Assembly: GCA_963838115.1 (NCBI GenBank)
Contig: CAWIPU010000004.1
Span: 394,153-458,152, forward strand
DNA: 64,000 nucleotides
Direction: 5' to 3'
Source of the DNA: an uncultured Chloroflexia bacterium
Lineage (GTDB): Bacteria; Chloroflexota; Limnocylindria; Limnocylindrales; CSP1-4
The notes beneath the pieces were generated by a model that saw only the letters and a list, made by a program, of their open reading frames with translations, was not told the origin of the DNA and did not search any database. Made by a program: the position numbers and the translations under genes. Of the stretch, positions 53,337 to 62,966 are shown one piece after another. Positions within the stretch are counted from its first letter, which is position 1. The number at the start of each line of letters is the position of its first letter.

Positions 53337-55298
53337 CTACGGGGACCCGTTGGCTGACGACTCCGGGTCGGACGCGGTGTCGAGTCCTCGACCCTTCTTC
53401 GGTCTGGACTTGTCGACCTTGTCCGCCTTGGCCTCCTCACGCTGCTGGCGCCGGGCGTCCTGCTTGGCCCCCTTGCGCACCTCGCGATCGCGGATCGGGT
53501 CCAGCGCCGCGGCGGCGGCGGTGCCGATGATGGGCCGACCGGCGTTCTTGTCCTTCGACTTGCGCATATCCAGCTGGTCGATGGTCGCCAGGGCCACCCT
53601 CCGGAAGAGATCGGTGGACTCGATCGCCAACGGGAGGTTGCCCTGCTTGACCCATCGAGGTTTCGGCTCCTCGAGACGGACCGCGATCACGTACTCCTTG
53701 TCGCGGCCACCGACGAAGCCGATGAAGCTGTGGTTGAAGCGCCGCTCCTTGAACTTGTCCTTGCGCGTGTCCCAGATCTGGGCTGTGCCTGTCTTGCCGC
53801 CGATGTGGAAGCCGGGGATCAGGGCGCGCTCGGCATAGCGGGTCACGGACCCGGTAACGTGTTTCAGGATGGCTTTCGCCTGGCGTGCATACTTCGCCTC
53901 CAGCACCGCCACCGGCTCGACACTTGCTGCATCCCCGTCGATGACGAAGTGCGGTTGCACGAGGTATCCGCCGTTGACCAGGGTGGATACGCCGCGGGCG
54001 AGCTGCGGCAGCGTGACGGCGACACCCTGGCCGAACGAGCGGTTGGCCAGATCGAACGCCGGCCACGGTTCCCCATCGGGATCGTGCCAGGTACCTGTGA
54101 TCTCGTTGGCGACGCCTGCGCCGGTCGGCTCTGTCATGCCCACCGTGGCCCAGAAGTCGTAGAGCTTGTGGGCCGCCTTCTGCGTGTCTCGCGGCGCAAG
54201 CATCCTTGCCAGCTTGGCTGCGACCACGTTGCGGGATTCGGCGATCTGGTCTTTCACCGGCCGATATCCGTTGCTCTGGTGGTCGGCGTTCTGGATGTCG
54301 GCGTCCCAGAAATGCAGCATCACCTCATCATGGATCTTCGTGTTCGGCGTGATCTTGCCCTCACGAAGGGCGGCCGTGACGGTGAAGATCTTCATCACCG
54401 AACCAGGCTCGTACTGGTCGCTGAAGAGTCGGTTGCGAAGGAGTTCCTTGTCCTTGCTGAAGACGGCCGCGAACTGGTTGGCGTCGTAGCTGGGCGATGA
54501 TCCGGCAGCCAGGATGGCGCCATCATGTGGGTCCATGACGATGACGCTGACGCTCTTGGCTTGGTCGGCGATACGGACGAGGTTCATGATTCCCTCGACC
54601 TCCTTCTGGAGGCCAGCGTCGATGGTCAGCTCCAGCGCTGCCGGCTGGAGGCCCGCCAAGTCGCCGGGCAGGCCCTCGATGCTGGCCAGGTCCAGGCTGT
54701 CTGCATCGACGCTGGTAAGGCGCTTGTCGTAGAAGCGCTCGATGCCCTCACCGCCCCGACCGTCGCCTCGGACGTAGCCGAGGATGTTGGCCGCCAGCGT
54801 CGTCCCGACCGGTGCCCCATCGTCCGGGTACCAGCGTGAGTATTTGGGCTCCAGGGAGATGCCCGGCAGCAGGCCCGCATCGATGGCGCCGCCGACAGCC
54901 TCGCTTTCTTCGAACGTCAGCCGGTTGCGGAGGTTAACGAACCGCGTCTCACCCGCGATCAGGTCGAGGTACTGGTCGCGCTCCCTGGCGTTGAGTCCCA
55001 GCAACACGCCGAGCGTGTCGACGATGGGAGCCTGCTCGTCTGCGTCGATGAGGTCCGGATACGCGACCAGCTCGTCATACGACGAAGTCATGGCCAGCAA
55101 GGCGCCGTTGCGGTCGACGATATCGGCCCGCACGGGGGACGACGACGACCCACTGGGAGGACGGTTGATCTGGGCGGTCAACTCATCGGCGGCCACCACT
55201 TGCAAGTAGCCAAGCCGTAGACCCGTGGCGGTCCCAAAGACGGCGAAGACCAGCAGGATGGCCACCATGCGCAGACGGCTGTCGGTGCGACCAAGCAT
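53337..55298 (-). CDS. ftsI: penicillin-binding protein / peptidoglycan D,D-transpeptidase FtsI
   Basis: N-terminal TM, dimerisation domain, and a transpeptidase domain with SVMK (SxxK). Confidence 0.9.
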   Translation of the reverse strand: MLGRTDSRLRMVAILLVFAVFGTATGLRLGYLQVVAADELTAQINRPPSGSSSSPVRADIVDRNGALLAMTSSYDELVAYPDLIDADEQAPIVDTLGVLLGLNARERDQYLDLIAGETRFVNLRNRLTFEESEAVGGAIDAGLLPGISLEPKYSRWYPDDGAPVGTTLAANILGYVRGDGRGGEGIERFYDKRLTSVDADSLDLASIEGLPGDLAGLQPAALELTIDAGLQKEVEGIMNLVRIADQAKSVSVIVMDPHDGAILAAGSSPSYDANQFAAVFSKDKELLRNRLFSDQYEPGSVMKIFTVTAALREGKITPNTKIHDEVMLHFWDADIQNADHQSNGYRPVKDQIAESRNVVAAKLARMLAPRDTQKAAHKLYDFWATVGMTEPTGAGVANEITGTWHDPDGEPWPAFDLANRSFGQGVAVTLPQLARGVSTLVNGGYLVQPHFVIDGDAASVEPVAVLEAKYARQAKAILKHVTGSVTRYAERALIPGFHIGGKTGTAQIWDTRKDKFKERRFNHSFIGFVGGRDKEYVIAVRLEEPKPRWVKQGNLPLAIESTDLFRRVALATIDQLDMRKSKDKNAGRPIIGTAAAAALDPIRDREVRKGAKQDARRQQREEAKADKVDKSRPKKGRGLDTASDPESSANGSP

Positions 55299-55304
55299 CG
55301 GGCG

Positions 55305-55694
55305 TCAGGGGGCCGAGAGGACGATGCCGTCGTCCAACTCGAGAAGACCCAGCCTGCGCGCGTTCGAGATGACGGTGTCGGCCTTGGCCAGGTCCTTGGC
55401 TTTGAGCGCCTGTCGGCCGATGGTCATGCCCAACGCCTCGCGCTGAACGTCCAGCGAGCGGATCTCGGAGCTGGTGACATTGGCGCCCAGGGTCTGTGTC
55501 AGGTACACCAACCCCAACATCGTGGCCGCCAGGATGCCCGCCATCAACATGCCCGCGGGTCGAACGCGCGGCGTGGCGCGGACCGCTGCTGGCGCGGAAC
55601 GAGAGATCGCCGCGGCAGCCAGGCGGGGACGCGCCGCGGGCCTCGCGGAAGGTAGTGCGGTGCCAGGCAGGCGAACACCCTGGAAGACCGCCAT
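55305..55694 (-). CDS. ftsL: putative cell division protein FtsL (septum formation initiator-like)
   Basis: Small bitopic protein (TM GILAATMLGLVYL, then a coiled region), positioned between rsmH and ftsI. Confidence 0.5.
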   Translation of the reverse strand: MAVFQGVRLPGTALPSARPAARPRLAAAAISRSAPAAVRATPRVRPAGMLMAGILAATMLGLVYLTQTLGANVTSSEIRSLDVQREALGMTIGRQALKAKDLAKADTVISNARRLGLLELDDGIVLSAP

Positions 55695-55893
55695 CAGCGT
55701 GCTCGCGCCCTGCCGGCGCGCTGATCAAGGTCCAGGGCCGCTCCTGACAGGGCCTGGTCAGCCTCCCAGGCGCCGCCGCGGCTCCAGCGGCCGGGACCTT
55801 CGAGGTCGATCTCAAGCTCGTGATCGCGACGCGTGCGCAGTTCCTTCATGCGGCGCCCATATGCCTGTCGCCTGGAGCTGCCGTGGGTGTTGC

Positions 55894-56847
55894 TCATGCT
55901 GGAAGCCTCCTGGCCGCCCGCAGCTTGGCGCTGCGGGCGCGCGGGTTCGACGCCACTTCCGCCTCGCTGGGGAACTGTGGCTGAGCCCCCACGGCCGAGA
56001 GACGAGGTGTCTTGCCGCAAACGCACACGGGGAACTCGGGTGGACAGGTGCAGCCGCGCCGTTCCCGCGCCAGGAAGCGCTTCACGATGCGGTCTTCGCC
56101 GGAGTGGTAGCTGATGACACAGAGCCGACCCTCCGGCTTCAGCAGGTCGAGACAGGACTCGAGCGCCGCCGGCAGGGTCTCCAGCTCACGATTGACCTCG
56201 ATCCGCAAGGCCTGGAAGACGCGTGTCGCCGGGTGCAGCCGGCGGCGGCGCGCATCGCGCGGCCCAGGTGTGGCATGCGCCACGATCTCGGCCAGCTGCG
56301 CCGGCGTGTCGATGGCGCGGACCTCGCGCGCAGCGACGATGGCGCGAGCGATGCGGCGAGCGTGCGGCTCCTCGCCATGACGTTTGAAGACCGCCGCCAG
56401 GTCAGCCTCGTCGTAGCTGGCGATGACCTCACTGGCGGGGATGCCGCGGCTCGTGTCGAAGCGCATGTCCAGGGCGTCGGTCGACCGAAAACTGAAGCCG
56501 CGTTCGTCGCCGTCGAGCTGCTGGGAGCTGACCCCTAGGTCCATCAGGATGCCATCGACCGGCCTGAGGCCCGTGGCCGACGCGACCTCGGCGATGGACT
56601 CGAAGTTCGCCTGCCGAAGAGTGGCCCGATCCCCGAACCTCGCGAGGCGTCGCCTCGAGCGATCGATAGCCCTGGGATCCGCGTCGATCCCCAGCAGCCG
56701 GCCGTCGGGATCTGCGGCCTCCAGGATCCGGACGGCGTGCCCTCCGCCGCCGACAGTCGCATCGATCTGGAAACTGCCCGGGTGCGGCGAGAGAGCCAAC
56801 ATGACCTCCTCAAGCATCACGGGCAGGTGCCCTACTTCCTGTTCCAT
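55894..56847 (-). CDS. rsmH: 16S rRNA (cytosine1402-N4)-methyltransferase
   Basis: …HLPVMLEEVM…DATVGGGGH… SAM-MTase motifs. ATG at 56847; the ORF-track start at 56988 would overlap mraZ. Confidence 0.9.
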   Translation of the reverse strand: MEQEVGHLPVMLEEVMLALSPHPGSFQIDATVGGGGHAVRILEAADPDGRLLGIDADPRAIDRSRRRLARFGDRATLRQANFESIAEVASATGLRPVDGILMDLGVSSQQLDGDERGFSFRSTDALDMRFDTSRGIPASEVIASYDEADLAAVFKRHGEEPHARRIARAIVAAREVRAIDTPAQLAEIVAHATPGPRDARRRRLHPATRVFQALRIEVNRELETLPAALESCLDLLKPEGRLCVISYHSGEDRIVKRFLARERRGCTCPPEFPVCVCGKTPRLSAVGAQPQFPSEAEVASNPRARSAKLRAARRLPA

Positions 56848-56900
56848 CAACGATCCGACCGCCCCGACGGTCCACCCGGACCCTGGAGGCTCATTTGGTT

Positions 56901-57329
56901 CTAGATGCCCAAGCCCTGGAGGGACTCCGCGAGTGCCTCCGGCTGGTCCATCTGCTCGCTGTACGTGTTCCACCGTTCGGGCGACCACAGCTCAAGACGG
57001 TTACCCGCCCCGACCACCACGACCTCCGATTCGAGCCCCGCGGCGTCACGCAACGTCTGCGGGAGGACAAAGCGACCCTGCCGATCGAGGACCACCTCGA
57101 AGGCGGAGCCGTACAAGTGCCTTCGGAGCGTCCGTGCACCCGGATCGGTGATGGGCAGCGCGTCGATCTGCAGCGCCAGACGTTCCCACTCAGCGCGGGG
57201 ATGAAGCGCTACGCAACCATCGATCCACTTGCTCACCTGTCCACCCTGGGCGAGCTCCAAACGGAAACGAGCCGGGACCGCGAGACGTCCCTTGTCGTCG
57301 ACCGTGTGGTGGTACTCACCTGTGAACAT
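56901..57329 (-). CDS. mraZ: transcriptional regulator MraZ
   Basis: 142 aa with tandem MraZ/SpoVT-AbrB domains (MFTGEYHHTVDDKGRLAVPARFR…). Confidence 0.9.
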   Translation of the reverse strand: MFTGEYHHTVDDKGRLAVPARFRLELAQGGQVSKWIDGCVALHPRAEWERLALQIDALPITDPGARTLRRHLYGSAFEVVLDRQGRFVLPQTLRDAAGLESEVVVVGAGNRLELWSPERWNTYSEQMDQPEALAESLQGLGI

Positions 57330-57472
57330 CGGGCTGGGCTTGCTCCGACCGTGACATGACTGGTGGTCAGCGGCCGGGTATCTCCCGACTCCTGCGCTGA
57401 CGGCGAGATGGTTCCCCCTGCCCCATTTCGACCACCACGGCGGTGAGTCGACCGGCCCGGTTCACCCTTCCT

Positions 57473-57501
57473 CCCCACTTCGCACCACTTCGTGCCACTC
57501 G
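57473..57501 (-). promoter_or_regulatory. candidate MraZ operator: three direct GA(A)GTGG repeats with 10-bp periodicity, 145-170 nt upstream of mraZ
   Basis: The coding-strand sequence reads cGAGTGGcacGAAGTGGtgcGAAGTGGgg. Confidence 0.5.
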
Positions 57502-57822
57502 ATGGGCATCATACCCAATCCGTAGACTCCGTCAAGGGCCGATTTGCAGCGGCAGCGCAGGGCGATGATGGCCTCGGCCCCCGATAGGGTCCAGTGCATG
57601 CCGACGCGCTTGCGCTGACCGGCGAAGGTGGCTACACCGGCCTCCACGCCCTCGTCCAGCCCGTTCAGGACGGCGGTCCCGGTCGTGGGGACGTCCGTGG
57701 CGTGATCATTGAGGGTGAGTCTTCCGCCGGCACCCGAGCCGCCGGCTACGTCCACCAAGGAGTAGCTGGGAATCGCACTTCCGTGGATCCCTGACCGGTG
57801 TGCGCGGGTATCATGCGGCCAG

Positions 57823-60030
57823 ATGGTCAGTGCTTGGACGATGATCGGGGAGGCCGCCGCGCCGGAGCTCGGTGGCGGCCCGATCACCCTCGTCGAGGGT
57901 TCGTCCTTCTGCGTGTCCGGCAGAAGCGGCGACATCCGCCCCGATCAGCCCGAGGGCCTCTTCTTTCTCGACATGCGGCTGCTGTGGGACTGGCAACTCC
58001 GAGTCAATGGCTTGCGACCGGAGCCGCTCGCGGTGTCCGTCGATTCGCCCGATAGCGGAACGTTCGTCTCGCGCATTCGCCCCGACGTCCATCATGCCTC
58101 GGACTCGCTGTTGGTGATCAGACGTCGCTACGTTGGTCGCGGCATGCGCGAGGACATCGTCATCCGCAACTACGGCCATGAGACCATCGCCGCCGTGATC
58201 GCGCTGCTTGTCGATGTCGACTTCGCCGATCTCTTCCTGGTCAAGTCAGGAGAGACCGGGTCAGGAGCACGCTTGACGCCCAGGGTGCGAGGCCGCGAAC
58301 TCGAGTTCCGACAGGCCAAGGGACGAGCCAGACGCATGGTGACCCTGTCATTCAGCGAGGCGCCGGCATGGGAGATCGACCGGGCCGTCTGGCAGATCGA
58401 GATCCCGCCCGGTGGCGCCTGGACGACATGTTGCCAGCTCACCCTCACGGTCGCCGGCGAGCTCGTGGCGCCCCACTACCGCTGCGGCGAGGCACCCGCG
58501 ACAGCGGAACCGGCGCGGCGCTTCGCCAGCTGGCAGGCAGACTCGCCCCGGGTCCGTTCCGACCACGGGCCGCTCGTGCGATCCTTCAACCGCTCGCTGC
58601 GCGATCTGGGTTCGTTGCGCATGTTCGATCCCGAGCATCCCGAGCGTCCGGTCATCGCGGCCGGGGCGCCCTGGTTCATGACATTGTTCGGACGTGATTC
58701 CCTACTGACCGCCTGGATGTCGCTCATCGTCGACCCCGATATCTCCGTCGGAGTCCTGGAGGCGCTCGCGCGCTTGCAGGGCTCCGAGGTCGTGACCGCG
58801 ACCGAGGAGGAGCCCGGTCGGATCCTCCACGAGGTCCGGTTCGGCAAGTCTGCCTCCATGGCCCTCGGCGACGGCCACGTCTATTACGGCACCGTCGATG
58901 CGACGCCGCTGTTCGTGATGCTCCTAGGCGAGCTCGCGCGCTGGGGGCACGCCCCCGAGGTCGTCTCTGCGCTACTGCCGCACGCCGACCGAGCGCTGGC
59001 ATGGGTCGAGTCCTACGGCGACCGCGATGGCGACGGCTATGTCGAATACGCTCGCGCGACCCAGCACGGGCTGCGTAATCAGGGCTGGCGCGATTCGTGG
59101 GACGGCGTTCCAGCCGCGGATGGTTCGCTGCCCGACGCGCCGATCGCGTTGTGCGAGGTGCAAGGCTACGTGTATGCCGCATACGTTGCCCGCGCGGAGC
59201 TCGCAGAGGCGGTCGGCGACCGCGGGACCGCAGCGCGGTGCCGAACGCGCGCTGAGACGCTTCGCGCGGCGTTCGAGCGGGACTTCTGGCTGCCCGACCG
59301 TGGTTGGTACGCCATCGGTCTCGACCGCGACAAGCGGCCCATCGACGCCCTGACGTCCAACATCGGCCACTGCCTCTGGACGGGCATCGTCTCGCCCGAG
59401 CGGGCTCGGCAGGTGGCTCGCCACCTCCTCGAGGACGAGATGTTCTCCGGGTGGGGGGTGCGAACACTGTCGACGCGGATGACCTCATACAACCCGCTGA
59501 GTTACCACAACGGTTCCGTCTGGCCGCACGACAACGCCATCCTGGCCGCAGGCCTGATGCGCTACGGCCTGGCCGACGAGGCCCATCGGATCATCCTCGC
59601 GATGCTCGACGCGGCCATACGCTCGAACGGCCGCCTGCCCGAACTCTTCACGGGCATCGCACGCAGCGACGTAAGCGTCCCGGTGGCCTATCCGGCCTCC
59701 TGCTCGCCGCAGGCCTGGGCCGCTGCGGCGCCGTTACTCTTTCTGCGCACCCTGCTTCGTTTCGATCCCTCGATGACCGATGGGCGAGTGTGGTGCTCAC
59801 CATCGCTGCCGAGTGACATCGAGCGGTTGTCCATCGACGAACTCCCGCTCGGCGGCGCCAGACTACGCCTACGAATCGATCCCGACGGCTGGTCGCTGGA
59901 CGGACTCCCCGATGGAGTGGAGCTGATCGAAGCTCCGCGACCGCCGGGGGCGTTGGGGACTGGCGATGACCGCAGGCAGGCAGGTGCGTCTGGATCCAGC
60001 GTGTCCACCAAGACCGATGCGCATCCCTGA
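57823..60030 (+). CDS. glycogen debranching enzyme / amylo-alpha-1,6-glucosidase family protein (GDE N-terminal domain plus a six-hairpin glycosidase domain)
   Basis: 735-aa ORF with GDE_N-like and amylo-alpha-1,6-glucosidase-like regions (…LFGRDSL…, …GWRDSWDG…). Confidence 0.75.
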   Translation: MVSAWTMIGEAAAPELGGGPITLVEGSSFCVSGRSGDIRPDQPEGLFFLDMRLLWDWQLRVNGLRPEPLAVSVDSPDSGTFVSRIRPDVHHASDSLLVIRRRYVGRGMREDIVIRNYGHETIAAVIALLVDVDFADLFLVKSGETGSGARLTPRVRGRELEFRQAKGRARRMVTLSFSEAPAWEIDRAVWQIEIPPGGAWTTCCQLTLTVAGELVAPHYRCGEAPATAEPARRFASWQADSPRVRSDHGPLVRSFNRSLRDLGSLRMFDPEHPERPVIAAGAPWFMTLFGRDSLLTAWMSLIVDPDISVGVLEALARLQGSEVVTATEEEPGRILHEVRFGKSASMALGDGHVYYGTVDATPLFVMLLGELARWGHAPEVVSALLPHADRALAWVESYGDRDGDGYVEYARATQHGLRNQGWRDSWDGVPAADGSLPDAPIALCEVQGYVYAAYVARAELAEAVGDRGTAARCRTRAETLRAAFERDFWLPDRGWYAIGLDRDKRPIDALTSNIGHCLWTGIVSPERARQVARHLLEDEMFSGWGVRTLSTRMTSYNPLSYHNGSVWPHDNAILAAGLMRYGLADEAHRIILAMLDAAIRSNGRLPELFTGIARSDVSVPVAYPASCSPQAWAAAAPLLFLRTLLRFDPSMTDGRVWCSPSLPSDIERLSIDELPLGGARLRLRIDPDGWSLDGLPDGVELIEAPRPPGALGTGDDRRQAGASGSSVSTKTDAHP

Positions 60031-60154
60031 GGAGCGTTCGCGACGCCCGATCGTCCGTCGACCGCTCACGCGTTCTCACCCGAGTTCCGCGACACGACTG
60101 AGATGCGGTCGTGCACACCGCCTCTGCCTACGCGGCGTTTCGGCTCCCTGAGTC

Positions 60155-60420
60155 GTGTCGCACGAGCCCCTCGCCGAAGGGCTCGTGGATCGCCTGAACC
60201 TGTGGACGTTCCCCATCGCGCTCGGCACCGGCAAACACCTAGACGATACGGGCACGGTGCCGATGGGCTTTCGCCCGGCGTACCCGGCGGACGTGTCCGA
60301 GTCCGGGGTCACGACCTCGTCTTCGAGCCCGCGGGCGATGTCGAGACGGGCGAGGTGGGGCACCGCGGCTTAGCGAGCCACCACATGCGCCGGTACTTGG
60401 CCAAGGGCTGGACAGTGCGC
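60155..60420 (+). pseudogene. remnant C-terminal fragment of a dihydrofolate-reductase-family (RibD_C/YwjB-like) gene, frame-shifted
   Basis: …LVDRLNLWTFPIALGTGKHLDDTGTVPMGFRPA… in one frame and …LVFEPAGDVETGEV… in another. No N-terminal two thirds is present upstream. Confidence 0.45.
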
Positions 60421-60706
60421 CTCAGCCGAGTACCGCCGGGAGCGTCCCAGGCTCAGGACTGACGTAGACGAAAGCTCCGACCTGGCTTACGACTTCAGTG
60501 GCGGGGCTCCCGGACTTGCAGCTACGACCGGCGCGCAGGGCCACGGAGAGGACCAAAACATCGCGGGACCATCAAGCGGGCAACGAGGGGCTCCATGACT
60601 CTCGAGGTCTTGGGGTGACAGCGCGGTAGTACACTCTATGGGCAATGGTGAGGGTGAACCTGCGCACTCACGCGCGGCACATCCAGCTCGCACAGGAGGA
60701 GTCACG

Positions 60707-61951
60707 ATGCGACGGTCTCATCGGTTCGGTATGGCCGGGGCAGTCTTCTCGGCCGGTCTTCTCGCGGCCAGCACGATCCCGGTCGCGGCCCAGAGCCCGG
60801 CGGCCGACTGGGCCTCGACGGTCAGCGGCCCGGTGGTGCTCTCAGGCTGGCAATCATCACCCGCCGAGGGCAACGCCCTGACGCAGACGCTGCTTGGTTT
60901 CCAGGCGGCCTACCCGAACATCAAGGTGGACTACCAGCCCGTCGCCGGGGATTACCCCACGGTGATGGCTGCCAAGATCGCGTCCGGCGATGTGCCGGAC
61001 CTCTTCTACGTCAACGCGGACTATGCACAGCAGTGGATCAGCGAGGGATTCCTGTTCCCGCTCGATGACTACATCGCGGAGTCCGGCTTCGACACCAGCG
61101 CCTTCTATCCTGCGTATGCCGACATCTTCAAGCAGGACGGCAAGACCTACGGCTTCCCGAAGGATGGCAACACCATCGCCATGGCCTACAACACCGACCT
61201 GGTGACGACGCCGCCGACGACGATGGCCGATCTCAGGACGGCCGCCGAGAACCTCAAGGGGGCCGCCGGCCTCACCGCACCGATGTGCCTCAACCCGGGC
61301 CTCGACCGAGGCCTCGCCTTCCTGTATGCCAACGGCGGGGAGCTGCTCGGCGCCGATGGCCAGAGCAGCGCCATCACGACTGACGCCTCCAACGCTGCCG
61401 TGCAGTGGTACCTCGACCTATTCAAGGATGGTCTCGCCATGACCGCCAGCGACCTCGGGGCCGGCTGGTGCGGTGAGGCGCTCGGCAAGGGCTCAGCGGC
61501 CATCATCTTCGAGGGTGGCTGGCTCGACCCGTACATGACTAGCACCTTCCCCGACATCAACTACACGTGGGCCGAGATGCCCGTGGGCACGTCTGGCGAG
61601 CCGGTCACGATCGCCTTCACGGTCTCCTATTCGATCGGCGCCGATTCGCCCAACAAGGACCAGGCCTTCGCCCTCCTCACCTATCTGACCGGCCCGGAGG
61701 GCATGGCCAGTTGGACGGGCACCGGCGTGGCCCTGCCGTCACGCTCCGATGTGGCGACTCCCGCCGGCATGGACGTGCTGGCCAAGGGCAGCGCCTACGC
61801 CCGGCCGGGATCCGGCTTCATGCCGGGTTGGCCGGATGTCCAGAAGGCCTTCCAGGATGCCTTCACCTCGGAGATCCAGAACCAGACCTTCAACGCTGAC
61901 AACGTCGTAGCCGCGACCGACGCGGCCATCACCAAGGCGTTCGCCCAGTGA
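60707..61951 (+). CDS. carbohydrate ABC transporter substrate-binding protein (family 1)
   Basis: AGGAGGAG RBS, a signal peptide (MRRSHRFGMAGAVFSAGLLAAS), and an SBP-1 fold. Confidence 0.85.
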   Translation: MRRSHRFGMAGAVFSAGLLAASTIPVAAQSPAADWASTVSGPVVLSGWQSSPAEGNALTQTLLGFQAAYPNIKVDYQPVAGDYPTVMAAKIASGDVPDLFYVNADYAQQWISEGFLFPLDDYIAESGFDTSAFYPAYADIFKQDGKTYGFPKDGNTIAMAYNTDLVTTPPTTMADLRTAAENLKGAAGLTAPMCLNPGLDRGLAFLYANGGELLGADGQSSAITTDASNAAVQWYLDLFKDGLAMTASDLGAGWCGEALGKGSAAIIFEGGWLDPYMTSTFPDINYTWAEMPVGTSGEPVTIAFTVSYSIGADSPNKDQAFALLTYLTGPEGMASWTGTGVALPSRSDVATPAGMDVLAKGSAYARPGSGFMPGWPDVQKAFQDAFTSEIQNQTFNADNVVAATDAAITKAFAQ

Positions 61952-62020
61952 CCGGCCACTAGACCCAGCGGCGGTCAGGACCGGCCGTCGGCCGGTCCTG
62001 ACGCCAGTGTCTCCCACGCC

Positions 62021-62959
62021 ATGACCGTGCCATCCCGCGACGCCGGGTCGCCGCGTGCATCGCGACGCTCCGAGGCCGTGGCAGGCTACCTGTTCATCGC
62101 GGTCCCGATCCTGCTGTTCCTTGTCCTGAACATCGGGTCGCTGCTCTACGCGGTGTACATCAGCGTCTGGAAATGGAACCTGCGGACCGGCCCGGTCGAG
62201 TTCATCGGCCTAACGAACTACCAGGACGCACTCGCCGACCCCGTCTTCCAGACCGCCATCAGGAACACCATCTACTACGCAGCCGTATGGGTTCCCCTGA
62301 CCATGATGCTGGGGCTCTCGCTGGCGCTGATCGTCAACCAGAAGCTGCGTGGCCAGACCTTCTTCCGGGCCGCCTTCTACTTCCCGGCGATCGCCAGCTC
62401 GGCTGCCATCACGATGCTGTGGATCTTCATCATGGCGCCCGACGGCCTGTTCAACGGCGTGCGCGGCCTGCTGCCGTTCGACATCCTCGAGGTGCTCGGA
62501 TACGGACCGCACCAGAACTGGATCGGCGACCAGAGGACTGCCATGAACACGGTCATCCTCCTGAATACCTGGACCACCTCCGGCACCTTCATGCTCTTCT
62601 ACCTGGCCTCGCTGCAGTCGATCAGCAACCAGGTCTACGAAGCGGCGGCCATCGATGGGGCGAACTGGTGGCAGGCGTTCTGGCGCGTGACCATGCCGCT
62701 GCTGCGGCCCGGGCACTTTTTCGTGGCCACCGTGGCGGTCATCGGCGCGCTGCAGCTGTTCGACCAGGCCATCATCGGGGGCGGCGTGAACGGTGATCCC
62801 AACAACGCGCTGATGACGGTCGTGCTGTACCTCTACAACGCCGCGTTCCGGCAGTTCAATTTCAGCTACGCCGCAGCCATCGGACTGATCCTGTTCGTGC
62901 TGATCTTCAGTGCGACGCTCGTGCAGCGGCGCCTCTTCGGGACGGCGCCGCAATGGTGA
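62021..62959 (+). CDS. carbohydrate ABC transporter permease (MalF/UgpA-type)
   Basis: 6 TM segments and the EAA loop (…EAAAIDGANWWQAFWRVTMPL…). Confidence 0.85.
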   Translation: MTVPSRDAGSPRASRRSEAVAGYLFIAVPILLFLVLNIGSLLYAVYISVWKWNLRTGPVEFIGLTNYQDALADPVFQTAIRNTIYYAAVWVPLTMMLGLSLALIVNQKLRGQTFFRAAFYFPAIASSAAITMLWIFIMAPDGLFNGVRGLLPFDILEVLGYGPHQNWIGDQRTAMNTVILLNTWTTSGTFMLFYLASLQSISNQVYEAAAIDGANWWQAFWRVTMPLLRPGHFFVATVAVIGALQLFDQAIIGGGVNGDPNNALMTVVLYLYNAAFRQFNFSYAAAIGLILFVLIFSATLVQRRLFGTAPQW

Positions 62960-62966
62960 CCGGGCC

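Noticed and set aside
57462-57935. 157-aa ORF on the minus strand spanning the mraZ upstream region and the start of the debranching-enzyme gene
   Set aside because: It overlaps the MraZ boxes and 110 nt of a well-supported gene, has no recognisable domain, and has Ala/Gly/Pro-rich composition typical of spurious high-GC ORFs.
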